A stretch of DNA of 64,000 nt, from the IMG/VR virus record IMGVR_UViG_3300031784_000006, one strand, 5' to 3'. The translations under genes were made by a program, and so were the position numbers. Position 1 is the stretch's first letter. Each line of letters opens with the position of its first letter. The stretch is from a virus (Duplodnaviria > Caudoviricetes). The notes below the pieces were generated by a model. The model searched no databases, was not told the origin of the DNA, and saw only the letters and a program-made list of their open reading frames with translations. This document shows positions 10,315-20,486 of this stretch, piece by piece.

Positions 10315-10569
10315 CTATTTATTTTCCTTTAATAGATCTATTTCTAATTTTAACTCTTTAACAGCTTCTATTAAAACCGGGATTAACTGTATATAGTCCA
10401 CGGAAAAATATCCAGAGTCATCCACCATTACCATCTCAGGAAATTCTCTTTGAATTTCCTGAGCTATTACTCCATAGTCAAATCCACTTTTTCCACTCAA
10501 ATCTTTCATTTTATCGTTCCACTCATAATATTTTCCATTTATATTTGATAATCTATCAAGATATTTCAT
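10315..10569 (-). CDS. Stand-alone peptidase S74 / intramolecular chaperone domain
   Basis: GKYYEW, DYGVIAQEI..EFPEMV, SVDYIQLIPVLIEAVKELKLEID. Confidence 0.85.
   Translation of the reverse strand: MKYLDRLSNINGKYYEWNDKMKDLSGKSGFDYGVIAQEIQREFPEMVMVDDSGYFSVDYIQLIPVLIEAVKELKLEIDLLKENK
10316..10323 (-). promoter_or_regulatory. Late promoter AATAAATA for the 835-aa ORF
   Basis: Exact NATAAATA 18 nt upstream of ATG 10297. Confidence 0.6.
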
Positions 10570-10572
10570 TTT

Positions 10573-12276
10573 TTAAAAGTTTATATTCATTAATCTTTGT
10601 AATGCATTATTTATAGAAATAATATTCTTCTTAAGGCGTATATCGCTCATTTTTCCGCCGCCGCCACCGCCACCACCGCCGCCACCACCGCCGCCGCCCA
10701 TTCCACCACCACCACCACCGCCGCCGCCACCGCCACCACCGCCGCCACCACCGCCGCCGCCCATTCCACCACCACCACCACCGCCGCCACCACCGCCGCC
10801 ACCGCCACCGCCACCACCGCCGCCACCACCGCCGCCACCACCGCCGCCGCCGCCACCACCGCCGCCACCCATTCCACCGCCGCCACCACCGCCGCCAGAG
10901 GGAGCGCCACCGCCACCACCGCCCATTGGGGCACTACCGCCACCACCGCCGCCACCACCGCCGCCGCCGCCACCACCGCCGCCGCCCATTTGGCCTGCAG
11001 TTCCTCCACCAACTCTACTTCCTTCAACTGCCACTTTTGCCAAATTATTTCCTGGATTTGTTACTGTTTTTTGTCCATGCTTAATATTGCCAGTTCCAAC
11101 TTGTATATTTGCCGCCGATGCAAAATCACTGTTGTTTATCTTGTTAACAATTCTATTTTGAGCCTTTGCGCTCATATCTTTATCAATATTTTTAATTTCC
11201 TTCTTAGAAAGTCCTGCATCCTTAGCTAATTCTTTCAATCTACCAGCACCACCATCATAAAGTTGCTTTGTGCCATAGTTGTAGTAAATTGTTGTTGGTG
11301 CTGGTTTGGGTGTTGGTGTTGGTGTTGGTGTTGGTGTTGGTGTTGGTGTTGGTGTTGGTCCTGGTGTTGGTCCTGGTGTTGGTCCTGGTGTTGGTCCTGG
11401 TCCCGGTGTTGGAACTGGTGTTGGGTAATCTATTGGGAAATCAATAAATACATCTTCGTTTCCAGGTCCACCTATGACATTGATTACTTGAGTAATATTG
11501 GTTTCTACTCGAACTGGTCTAGTGACTATGACATTTTCTTGTACGGTATTTATTTTACCTTCGGCATGATAATTTTCTTCTGCTGCCGTTGTAAAAGTTC
11601 CAACAACTAGAGAATTGACTCTACTACTTGTAAGTCTGAAAGCTCTAACACCCGCTTCAAATGTGGGATTTGCATCTACATTTGGGTTTGGAATAAAAAA
11701 TGATCCAATAACAACCCCATCATCATTTGTCACTAGTCTTAAATCGGTGACTGTTGCCTCCGCTTTGGTTGTTGACCCCCTAAGTTTCATTCCAACAGCA
11801 ATATAACCTAAAAAATCCGACGCCTTATCGGATAAACTATATGTGTCAACATTCAAAATGGTTGAAGTTGCTGAATAGTTAACAGGAATTGTTTGATTTT
11901 GATTGTATGGATTAATATCAAAAATATCTTCTGGATTTGTATAATCGCCATACTTATGATTTTGTACAGCAACTCTAAATCTGCAACTTGGTAATTGTGG
12001 ATTATCAAAAGAACCAACAACAGTTTCTCCGACCTGGAAAACTCCAGATGTCATTCTAATCTCAATTAGTTTTGGAACAACAAATTTGCTAACATCAACT
12101 CCACCAAAAAAAGGATAAACTCTAGTAAGAGGTTTCATCCTTTTTGCAGTAAATTCAATGTTTCTAGACCTCATATAAGGTAATACTTTAGATGCTAGAA
12201 CTCTATCGCCAAAAGATACCGTTTTTGACTGCGGTTCTTTTGGTGCGGTCATTGATGGTGGAGCTAAAGTAGTCAT
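10573..12276 (-). CDS. Virion structural protein, middle piece, with Pro-Thr linker, poly-Gly tail and S74 start motif
   Basis: [24 protein letters not shown] core; (PT)n; long poly-Gly tract; ends [20 protein letters not shown]. Confidence 0.8.
   Translation of the reverse strand: MTTLAPPSMTAPKEPQSKTVSFGDRVLASKVLPYMRSRNIEFTAKRMKPLTRVYPFFGGVDVSKFVVPKLIEIRMTSGVFQVGETVVGSFDNPQLPSCRFRVAVQNHKYGDYTNPEDIFDINPYNQNQTIPVNYSATSTILNVDTYSLSDKASDFLGYIAVGMKLRGSTTKAEATVTDLRLVTNDDGVVIGSFFIPNPNVDANPTFEAGVRAFRLTSSRVNSLVVGTFTTAAEENYHAEGKINTVQENVIVTRPVRVETNITQVINVIGGPGNEDVFIDFPIDYPTPVPTPGPGPTPGPTPGPTPGPTPTPTPTPTPTPTPTPKPAPTTIYYNYGTKQLYDGGAGRLKELAKDAGLSKKEIKNIDKDMSAKAQNRIVNKINNSDFASAANIQVGTGNIKHGQKTVTNPGNNLAKVAVEGSRVGGGTAGQMGGGGGGGGGGGGGGGGGSAPMGGGGGGAPSGGGGGGGGMGGGGGGGGGGGGGGGGGGGGGGGGGGGGGGGGGGGMGGGGGGGGGGGGGGGGGGGGMGGGGGGGGGGGGGGGKMSDIRLKKNIISINNALQRLMNINF
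10652..10988. repeat. GGC/GGT trinucleotide-type tandem repeat encoding poly-Gly punctuated by Met
   Basis: Continuous ccgccgccacca-type repeats; a GC-rich island inside an AT-rich module. Confidence 0.95.
11308..11424. repeat. Tandem 6-bp (ggtgtt) and 12-bp (cctggtgttggt) repeats encoding PT and PGPT
   Basis: Directly visible perfect repeats. Confidence 0.95.
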
Positions 12277-12314
12277 TTTTTTCCTTATTTTATATTGTTG
12301 ATATTTTTATTGAA

Positions 12315-12344
12315 TTGTCCTATCTAAGTTATTATTTAGGACAA
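12315..12344 (-). promoter_or_regulatory. Inverted repeat TTGTCCTA...TAGGACAA containing a late-promoter-like CTAAATA
   Basis: In the 81-bp gap between the 1555-aa and 567-aa ORFs. Confidence 0.5.
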
Positions 12345-12357
12345 AACTGCATCAATG

Positions 12358-15300
12358 TTAAGAACGTTTTCCCATCCTTAAATTAGTTCCTGGTATTTTT
12401 GGAGCCCTATTTTGACCCATACCTGCCCCCATAATAGAGCCTGTATTATTTGTGGGTTTACTTAAGATATTTGGATCTTTAATTCTTGGTTTACCCTTGT
12501 CATCTCGTTTTACCTGACCTGTCCTAATATCTAAGAGTTTATCAACAGTTCCCATTTTACCTTTAAGGACCTGCTTAACATATTTGTTATTGTCTTTTAT
12601 TAGTTGACCTTCTTTTTTAGTTCTATCTTCTGGTCTGGTTGCTGGCAATGTTTTCATCGGTGGCATTACAAAAGAACTATTTGCCCCATCTTTTGGTATT
12701 CTTGGAGCAACGGAGTGTGAACCCATGCCCATTCCACCACCGCCCATTCCACCACCGCCGCCACCGCCCATTCCACCACCGCCGCCACCGCCACCCATGT
12801 TGGCGTTGATACCACCTTTAAGTTTTGAAGGAAGAGCGCAAGCTGAAACACCTGGACTTGATACTTTAGGTTTATTAACTTTTGGAACAGTTTTTGGTGG
12901 AGCAGAACTAGCGGCAGTTTGAGCTGCATTAGGTGTTGAAGTGGTTGTTGCAGTGGGTTTAGTTTCTGCTTTTGGTGCATTTGTTGTAGGTGGAGACCAA
13001 GTTTCATGAGAATTCCATGTCACTGGCGCTAAACCTGTCTGTTGATCATTTTGAGTAGTTCTTGTTTGTAAACTTGTCTCAGTAAATGCATCTCCAATTT
13101 CTACAGTGTTTGGTTTTACTCTTACCTGATCGACCCAAACATCAGATGATGGATATAGTTCTATAGTTCCTGTATAGAACTCTTCTGCAAATGGATTGAC
13201 ATTAACAGATCTAGTTGCATATGGTTGATTAATTAATCTTACTTCATTGTAGTCTAAAGTAATAAGTTGGCCAGTTCTTCTTACTCCACTTCCTATCAAT
13301 GATCTATCAACTCTAGAATCTGCGTTTGGTCTTAATGGTCCAGAATTTCTTGATAGACTTATTTTAGAGGTTGTTCCTAATTGTAAATCTAATGATGTTG
13401 TATAGTGGGTTGGTCTTAGTTCTAAATTTTGGGTATCAATACTATTTTTAACAGTAGTTGATTTATTTTGTGCAATTGTTGTAGAAAAATTATCGACAAA
13501 AAATCCAGATTTAAAACGATTCAGTCCATTTTCATCAGTTACAGTGAAATTAGAAGTATCAATTTCTAAAGCAGAGAGAGAAGTGTAGTATTCTAAGTTT
13601 TCTATCCTATCTTCAAGTCTGCCAATATCTGCCATAGTATATCTTCTGTGCTCTTTAATTTCAATCTCAGCATCATCAATATTGCAAAGATATGGGGGGA
13701 GATATACAGTTGCTAGTTCTATAGCATCATCATTTGTGAGTGGAACCTGTGGTATTTCTGCAGAAATACCGTACTTAATGTAAAATAAACCAGTTTTATC
13801 CAACAAAATTTTATCTATTCTAGGTAAATAGAAGGAATATGTTAAGATAATAGACTCATCTGAAGCTAAAATATTAGGTGCAGAATTTCCTGCTGAAGTA
13901 AAGTTTCTACCAAAAAATTCAAAAGGAGATCTTGAACCGGCAGTAACTTCTATTGAAGAAACTCTAGGTCTAATATCAATAATATCTGTAGAACGAACAT
14001 CGTCATCAACGGCATCTACTTCACAATAATCGAATTGTTCATATGAATTTACTGTAGTTATATCCCCGGTATCTGACGGTAAGAAACTTGCCGATTCGTA
14101 AACTATTTTTAATTTTCTCGATAAAGTTTTTGCTTTACTTTGTTTTATTATTTTCGAATAGTCATAAATTGTTGATTTTTGATTTGTATCTAATAGGAAC
14201 AAAGATGTTACGTCCCTATCTCCAACGTCAACCAAAGAAATGTTTGCAGTTATACCACTTTCTTTGAATACTATTTCCTCCCCCTCGATAAATTTATTTG
14301 AATTTACATATACAAACCCTATCTTTAGGTCGTTAATTTTTTCAGAGTATAATCCTATTGCTTTACTAGTTCTTCCAACAAATTCTTCGCCAATCAATAA
14401 GTCGCCAACTCTATTTGTTGGGCCACTTAGAGATGTGAGAACTAGAGATGGTAGGTCTGGATCATTTATATCATTAGATTCAAAAATTCCATAAACTCTT
14501 GTTACTTCTGGTTCCAATAAGCAAATTTCTTCATCTTGAACTCTGGTGCCATATGGATAATTTCCATATACTAAACCATCATTAAGAGTGGTTCCACCAA
14601 TTCCTGAGGAGGGTAAAGATGATTTATTTACTATTAATACATTTGCCCTATTCTTTGTTTTTATTTTAGATTTTATATTTATTTTTCTTAATGTGGTTAT
14701 TAATTTTGCTCTACCACTTCCAGACAATCCTTTTATCTGTAATGATAACGAACCATTTGAAAATACTAAATTATTTGAACTTAATGGTTGAGTGTTACCG
14801 TCTTCAGTTATTAAAGTATATCTTTCTTCATCATAGGGTAAAAACGTCTCATTTGCACCCGCACTTATAATTTCGGTTGAACCCAATACAATTGTTACAT
14901 CATATTGTTTTTTTATTGTTAAATTTGTTTCATTTAAATCTACACTTTCTAAGTTTCTCTTGGGCAATACTGTGTATAAAGTATTATCTGAAGAAGTTGG
15001 TACAGGAGTTGATAGAATCCTAAAGTCAGTTGGATTTATTGATGATGTGGGCAAAGCTCCATCACATATTCCATGGACGGTTGTTACTCCGCTGATAGTT
15101 AAAGTTTTTCCAGAAACTGACTCAACAGATGCGAAAGTAACCGTAGAAACTCCTGGATTGGTAAATGCAACTAAATTCCCGGTAGTTACAACTCCGGTAA
15201 AGAAATTCTCAACAGAAGTAACAACCGAAATATTTCCACTTCTAGCACCAATTGTTACCTGACCTATTGGAACAGAAACTGACTGTATAGTGTCTGCAGA

Positions 15301-17025
15301 AAAAGTGAAGGCGGTTCCTACAATTCCATATAAAGATTCAACGTCACTCATTGAGTATTGACGTGTTTTTTTAACAATTCTGTTATTATCTACACCATCA
15401 AAAATTAATTTTTCACCTAAAGAAAATGCCCCCTGTACATCATAAACAGTTAAAGCAACTCCTGCAGAAACTGGATATCTCAAGAATCCAGAAGCACCAC
15501 TTTGTCTACCCTTAATGTGAGTTGGGGTATTTAGTGTTATTGGTGTGTTAAGGGTTAAATTTGTATATGTTTGTATGTCATATAAAGAAATATCCCATAC
15601 ATTTTCTTGTGGAGATGAAGTTGTATAGGAACCAGATTCTAAAGCAAAGTCATATACTCTTGCAACTCCAATTTCATTTCCTGCAGGGACTAGGGAAGAA
15701 GTTCCTACTCTAGAATCTCTAAGAGTTACATAATAACTAGTGCCAAATCCAATTATTGGCGAACCATAAACTCTATTCAGAGAAAGAGAATACCCAGTAG
15801 TGTAATTTACACTTTGGTCTGCTAGTGTTTTTGTTGTTCTTGGCTTTTGAAAATCAAAAAATCCTGGACTAATAGATTCAATTTCAAACCCCTTTACATA
15901 TGCTTTAGTTGGAGAAATGCTATAAGTTCCTAAATCTTCGCTTGGTTGATTGTTATCATAAGTTAACTGCTCTTCTGTAAAAATACCATTATTTCCCTTT
16001 AGATTATTTAAAGTTTCTCTAGCAGTAATAACGGGAGAATTGACGTAATAATCTCCAGATTCATCGTAAGTTCTTCTTGCCAGTTCTTGGGCAAATACAT
16101 TATATTCTGGTTTTTTATTAAACTTTCTTAATACACCATCTTCTATTTCCATCAAAACGACAAAATTATCTAAATCAGTAGCGTCTAATGGAATTTGGTC
16201 TAGTTTTGCAAAAATAGATAATCTATCTGCTCCAGGTGCGGCAAAATTATTAAATCCCTGAGAATTATCGTTTAGAGTTTCGTCATCAAAAGAATCTACT
16301 ATTCTTTCAAATATTCTAAGACCAACTTTTGCACTTGGTGTTGCTGAATATGGCGAAAGATATAAAACACTTGTAGGAACTGTTACAAAAAATCCTCTTA
16401 TAAAATATACTCCCTCTTCCAAATATACTGCAGAACCTTTAAAAGTGCTTTTTCCTGTTATTGTTGTTGCAAAAGACTGACCTCGCAACAAACTCAATTC
16501 TTTAATATCATCATCATTATCTTCTCCAGCTGACTCTAGAGATTGTTTGTCTACAACAATAGTATCGTCATCATTTACTAGTAAAGTTTCTCCGTTTAAA
16601 AATGTTAACTGCTCATTGCCTGTACCAGAAGCCAAATATTTTACATATAATGTAGTATTCTCTACGCCGCTACCCTGAGGTAAGAATGCTTGAATAGTTG
16701 CAGTTACTCCACTGGTTTGTCCTTTTATCTCCGAACCAATTAGAGTATCTAAGTAATATGATGATGGTTTGCCTTGAAATTGATTTTCTAAGATTACGGC
16801 ATTTAAATCATTTTTATATGTTAAGTTGCCTGGGATTACTACAGAACCCTCTTTAAAAAAATGATTTCCAAACTGCTCAATTTGATTTTGCAGCATAGAC
16901 TGCAAAGTAGTTAATTCCCTAGCTTGTACCGGAAATCCTGGTTTAAACAGTACTCTGAAAAAGTTTTTATCTCGGTCATAGTCATCATAATATGGGGATA
17001 TATTGAGATTAAGTTCTTGTGCCAT
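12358..17025 (-). CDS. Large virion structural protein (DUF4815-like), N-terminal piece, with low-complexity Gly/Met/Lys tail
   Basis: LNLNISPYYDDYD...FKPGFPVQARELTTLQSMLQNQIEQFG, ELARRTYDESGDY, NRFKSGFFVDNF; follows gp8. Confidence 0.88.
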   Translation of the reverse strand: MAQELNLNISPYYDDYDRDKNFFRVLFKPGFPVQARELTTLQSMLQNQIEQFGNHFFKEGSVVIPGNLTYKNDLNAVILENQFQGKPSSYYLDTLIGSEIKGQTSGVTATIQAFLPQGSGVENTTLYVKYLASGTGNEQLTFLNGETLLVNDDDTIVVDKQSLESAGEDNDDDIKELSLLRGQSFATTITGKSTFKGSAVYLEEGVYFIRGFFVTVPTSVLYLSPYSATPSAKVGLRIFERIVDSFDDETLNDNSQGFNNFAAPGADRLSIFAKLDQIPLDATDLDNFVVLMEIEDGVLRKFNKKPEYNVFAQELARRTYDESGDYYVNSPVITARETLNNLKGNNGIFTEEQLTYDNNQPSEDLGTYSISPTKAYVKGFEIESISPGFFDFQKPRTTKTLADQSVNYTTGYSLSLNRVYGSPIIGFGTSYYVTLRDSRVGTSSLVPAGNEIGVARVYDFALESGSYTTSSPQENVWDISLYDIQTYTNLTLNTPITLNTPTHIKGRQSGASGFLRYPVSAGVALTVYDVQGAFSLGEKLIFDGVDNNRIVKKTRQYSMSDVESLYGIVGTAFTFSADTIQSVSVPIGQVTIGARSGNISVVTSVENFFTGVVTTGNLVAFTNPGVSTVTFASVESVSGKTLTISGVTTVHGICDGALPTSSINPTDFRILSTPVPTSSDNTLYTVLPKRNLESVDLNETNLTIKKQYDVTIVLGSTEIISAGANETFLPYDEERYTLITEDGNTQPLSSNNLVFSNGSLSLQIKGLSGSGRAKLITTLRKINIKSKIKTKNRANVLIVNKSSLPSSGIGGTTLNDGLVYGNYPYGTRVQDEEICLLEPEVTRVYGIFESNDINDPDLPSLVLTSLSGPTNRVGDLLIGEEFVGRTSKAIGLYSEKINDLKIGFVYVNSNKFIEGEEIVFKESGITANISLVDVGDRDVTSLFLLDTNQKSTIYDYSKIIKQSKAKTLSRKLKIVYESASFLPSDTGDITTVNSYEQFDYCEVDAVDDDVRSTDIIDIRPRVSSIEVTAGSRSPFEFFGRNFTSAGNSAPNILASDESIILTYSFYLPRIDKILLDKTGLFYIKYGISAEIPQVPLTNDDAIELATVYLPPYLCNIDDAEIEIKEHRRYTMADIGRLEDRIENLEYYTSLSALEIDTSNFTVTDENGLNRFKSGFFVDNFSTTIAQNKSTTVKNSIDTQNLELRPTHYTTSLDLQLGTTSKISLSRNSGPLRPNADSRVDRSLIGSGVRRTGQLITLDYNEVRLINQPYATRSVNVNPFAEEFYTGTIELYPSSDVWVDQVRVKPNTVEIGDAFTETSLQTRTTQNDQQTGLAPVTWNSHETWSPPTTNAPKAETKPTATTTSTPNAAQTAASSAPPKTVPKVNKPKVSSPGVSACALPSKLKGGINANMGGGGGGGGMGGGGGGGMGGGGMGMGSHSVAPRIPKDGANSSFVMPPMKTLPATRPEDRTKKEGQLIKDNNKYVKQVLKGKMGTVDKLLDIRTGQVKRDDKGKPRIKDPNILSKPTNNTGSIMGAGMGQNRAPKIPGTNLRMGKRS
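12725..12800. repeat. Second poly-Gly/Met coding repeat
   Basis: ccaccgccgccacc repeats encoding [24 protein letters not shown]. Confidence 0.9.
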
Positions 17026-17031
17026 AATTCT

Positions 17032-18588
17032 TTAAAACTGCAAAATAATCTTAATGTCTTCTTTTTGATTAGATGACCTCGTTATTGAGGGTCTATTGTC
17101 AACATAAAGTATATCTCCAGAGTATTTTTTAACGTCTGGATTTGATACTCCATTGACAAAAACTTGACCAAGATAATATGTCTTACTATTTAGGATAGTG
17201 GAAATACCGCTAAAACTTGTGTCTATACCCAAATTTGTGTTTCCACCTTCGATGAGTAAAGAACCACCACTTGATGGGTTTGACGTAAACCTATTCATTC
17301 CAAATCCATATATGGCAGATGATGGATTTGAAGTTCCGTCCGAATTAAACCCAACTAAAGATTTATCCTGCCAATACTTTAAAACACCTGTTATTTTATC
17401 ATAGGAAACAACTCTACCAACTGCAGTTGATCCTAAACCAACTGTCTGTTTAATTGTAGAATCTGGAAGAAAAATTGCGTTACTATATCCAACCCCAACT
17501 AATTTTAATGCGTATACTGCGCTGGCCTTGTCTACAATTAAATTTGTATCTGAATTTGCATTTTTTGGATTTCTAACTATCCCAACTCTAGCAATTTGAT
17601 TTCCTGTAGTAAAAATTGTGTTTTGAATACTATTTTCTAACCTAGAGTAAAGTAATACGTTAGTTGCTCCAAGTTCTTTATAAACATTTGCTCCATGACC
17701 ACCATCGGGAGGAATAATGACATCAAACGTTGGTGAAATCGTAGCATCAGGAACACCTCCGGATTTTAAATCCACCGTACCATAAGTATATCCAGAACCA
17801 CCGTTAGATATGGTTATTGAAGAAACCTTTGAGTCTCCATTAATAACAATAGTAGCCTTTGCATCACTACCATCTCCTTTAATTGGTACATTTGAGTAAA
17901 CTGCATTTGCAGTTCCAACCCCCACTCCCCTATTTTTTATTGTTGCAATCTTTATTTGTCCACTTGTTGCTGCATTATTTCTTACTGCAGAATTTTCTGT
18001 GTTTGTTAACCAGTTTTTTGGAACAGGTATATAATTAGTAGATTCGAATTTTATAATATCACTTGGTTTAATAGTAAACAAATATTTCCATATATATCCA
18101 TCTCCACTATCTCCCGCAGTTCTTGGTTCTAAATCAGTAAAAATTGGTTGGTCAATAGATGGTTTTCCTACAGGATTTTCTGGGTCAACACCATTGTATA
18201 AGCAAATATAAACTTTATAATCATCATTTACTACGTAGTAATTTGCATTATATAAATTTGTAGCTTCTGATGGTTTTGATAAATTTGTCCTACTTATATC
18301 ATGCCTATACATGTCATAAGTAGTGCCGGAGGTCCAAGTATTTCTTTTTATGACTTGCCTAACATCATCACTAAAAATTCTTTTTAATGCTATCATTGTG
18401 TCCCAATAATCATCTTCTTGCTCAAAACTATCTTTTGGAGATGGAGGACTAAAATCCCAATTTTCATTATAATTTGTAGGATTTGGTAGGCCAACAAAAG
18501 CATAATAACTATTTTCTTCCGATTCTACATCAGATATAAAGGAGTTAGCATTTAAAATTCTGAATTGATTAGTTATAATTGCAGACAT
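17032..18588 (-). CDS. gp8: Baseplate wedge subunit
   Basis: WTSGTTYDMYRHD, YYVVNDDYKVYICLYN, DGYIWKYLFTI, YSGDILYVDNRPSITR. Confidence 0.93.
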   Translation of the reverse strand: MSAIITNQFRILNANSFISDVESEENSYYAFVGLPNPTNYNENWDFSPPSPKDSFEQEDDYWDTMIALKRIFSDDVRQVIKRNTWTSGTTYDMYRHDISRTNLSKPSEATNLYNANYYVVNDDYKVYICLYNGVDPENPVGKPSIDQPIFTDLEPRTAGDSGDGYIWKYLFTIKPSDIIKFESTNYIPVPKNWLTNTENSAVRNNAATSGQIKIATIKNRGVGVGTANAVYSNVPIKGDGSDAKATIVINGDSKVSSITISNGGSGYTYGTVDLKSGGVPDATISPTFDVIIPPDGGHGANVYKELGATNVLLYSRLENSIQNTIFTTGNQIARVGIVRNPKNANSDTNLIVDKASAVYALKLVGVGYSNAIFLPDSTIKQTVGLGSTAVGRVVSYDKITGVLKYWQDKSLVGFNSDGTSNPSSAIYGFGMNRFTSNPSSGGSLLIEGGNTNLGIDTSFSGISTILNSKTYYLGQVFVNGVSNPDVKKYSGDILYVDNRPSITRSSNQKEDIKIILQF

Positions 18589-18601
18589 TTTTATAGTTTT
18601 T

Positions 18602-18613
18602 TATTTATTTATC
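18602..18613 (-). promoter_or_regulatory. Tandem late promoter motifs (GATAAATA, AATAAATA) upstream of gp8
   Basis: NATAAATA twice in the short gap. Confidence 0.6.
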
Positions 18614-18615
18614 TG

Positions 18616-20454
18616 TTAAATTGCAATTGTATCTAGAGTTCCATCATCCATAACGATTATTCTATATCTAGTTCCATTGGGAGAACTTAAAATTATACCA
18701 ACAGAGGTGTCTACACCAACATTTACATCACTCGAATATGTTGAAATTCCTGAGACATTTAACTGATTTGAAGATACAGTTCCACTAACTGATAACCCCC
18801 CAGTGCTTGCAACAGAGTACTCTATTAGTCCAGTTTCATCAGTCAACTTAACTTCTTTAGCCCCAAGAATTAATGGGAAACTACCAGAAATATCTCTAAC
18901 TTGACTACTTTGGCCTCCAGCAAATTCACTAGATGCGTGATAAACTCTGAATGAATTTGGAGAACCTAAATTAATATACTTATCATCATCAAAATTTATA
19001 TTATCTTTAAAAGTTACAGTACTTTCAAATGTAGAAATACCGGATATACTAACTTCTTGTGCAAATAATGTTCCATTACTCACTGTAGTAATACCACTTA
19101 AAGTAGAAACACCAATTACATTTAATGAATTTGAATTTAAAGTAGAAACTATACAATCTGTCGAGTTTAGGGTAGTGATTGTGCTTAGAGTACCTACTAA
19201 ATTATCTGTCGTTACACTTGAACAATTTAAAGATGTTATGGTTGAAGATGTTCCTGTAAGACTTGCAATATTTGCATTTTGAGTAGTTAAATCTGTGCTG
19301 TTTAGTGTTGAAATTGTACCAATTCCAATAGATGAAATATTTGTAATCGTCAATTGGTCCGAACTTAATATTTCAGAATCACCAATTTTATAACTTTTAC
19401 CTGAGTTTAAATTCAGATTCTCACTCAATTTCCAAGAATCGCTTGAAAAATGATAAAGTATTGTTTTTGTAATATTTGTCGAACCTATGCCAATACCAGC
19501 ACCGTCTAGTAATAAGTTAGTACCAACTGAAGTTGCTATTCCGACATTAAAATCCGCTAACTCAATATTTGATGAACTGACAATAAATTGATCTCCATCA
19601 ACATATAAATCTCCTTTTATTCTTATAATTCCAACATTATCACCTATAGTTTCTGGATCAATAATAATTGTTGATGGACCTGTAATAGAATTTGCAGTAA
19701 TATTAATTGCGGTTCCTGTTGCTCCTGTAGAGAAACTTGTTGCAGTTATAATCCCCGTAGAGAAAATATTATCATTAATAATATTGGGGAGAGTTGAAAT
19801 TCCGGAGCAATTAATATTTGATGAAATTAAATCATTAACATTCGAATTTGTTACAGTTAAATTTGTTATTGTGCAAGATGTGCCAGTTAAAGTATCTGTA
19901 GTGATAATATTAGAAGATACTGAACTAATAGTTGCAGAAGAACCCACAATATTAGTAATATTTGCATTAGTAATATTGGAATTTGTATTATTTGAATTTG
20001 TAATAGTACTGGCAGAACCTATGATAGAAATTGCATTTAAATTCGTTGTAGTTGTATTTGTTACCGTTAGATCTGTTCCAAAATAAGTTGTAATTGTTGC
20101 TGCAGTACCAGTCAAATTTGTAATATTACTATTAGTATTTGTAAAATCACTTATTGTACCAAAACCAGAATTAATCTGGCCATTAAAAGTTGTAGCTGTG
20201 ACTATTCCTGTAAATTTGCCATCCCCAGAAACAGTAAGTCTGCTAGTTACATTTGTTGTACCTATACCAACACTTAACGTTGTAGTAATTCCAGTACTAC
20301 GTTTATCCCATATTGCAACATCAAGATTTACGCCATCACCCAAAAAGTTATATATTTCATCAAAGTTTTCATTAATTTTAATTGCACCAACCAGCAATGT
20401 ATCGCCATCACCGGCATTAGGAGTTGAACCAGTATTTATTCCTAATTTAGACAT
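18616..20454 (-). CDS. Fibre-like virion protein with gp9/gp10-like N-terminus and Thr/Asn/Ser pentapeptide repeats
   Basis: N-terminal INTGSTPNAGDGDTLLVGAIKINENFDEIY; five-residue periodicity (SNITN LTGTA ATITT). Confidence 0.7.
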   Translation of the reverse strand: MSKLGINTGSTPNAGDGDTLLVGAIKINENFDEIYNFLGDGVNLDVAIWDKRSTGITTTLSVGIGTTNVTSRLTVSGDGKFTGIVTATTFNGQINSGFGTISDFTNTNSNITNLTGTAATITTYFGTDLTVTNTTTTNLNAISIIGSASTITNSNNTNSNITNANITNIVGSSATISSVSSNIITTDTLTGTSCTITNLTVTNSNVNDLISSNINCSGISTLPNIINDNIFSTGIITATSFSTGATGTAINITANSITGPSTIIIDPETIGDNVGIIRIKGDLYVDGDQFIVSSSNIELADFNVGIATSVGTNLLLDGAGIGIGSTNITKTILYHFSSDSWKLSENLNLNSGKSYKIGDSEILSSDQLTITNISSIGIGTISTLNSTDLTTQNANIASLTGTSSTITSLNCSSVTTDNLVGTLSTITTLNSTDCIVSTLNSNSLNVIGVSTLSGITTVSNGTLFAQEVSISGISTFESTVTFKDNINFDDDKYINLGSPNSFRVYHASSEFAGGQSSQVRDISGSFPLILGAKEVKLTDETGLIEYSVASTGGLSVSGTVSSNQLNVSGISTYSSDVNVGVDTSVGIILSSPNGTRYRIIVMDDGTLDTIAI

Positions 20455-20476
20455 TGATAGATATTACCTTTTTACA

Positions 20477-20484
20477 TATTTATG
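20477..20484 (-). promoter_or_regulatory. Late promoter CATAAATA
   Basis: NATAAATA upstream of ATG 20454. Confidence 0.6.
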
Positions 20485-20486
20485 AA

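Noticed and set aside
10647-11610. Poly-Ala/Val ORF (10647..11027) and Cys/Trp ORF (11263..11610)
   Set aside because: Alternative-frame or antisense readings of the poly-Gly and Pro-Thr repeats.
12277-12357. Read-through fusion of the 1555-aa and 567-aa ORFs (same frame, 81-bp gap)
   Set aside because: An in-frame TGA follows two codons after the TAA, and the gap carries its own promoter-like motif.
12666-13007. 113-aa minus and 65-aa poly-Pro plus ORFs
   Set aside because: Shadows of the Gly-rich tail of the 1555-aa gene.
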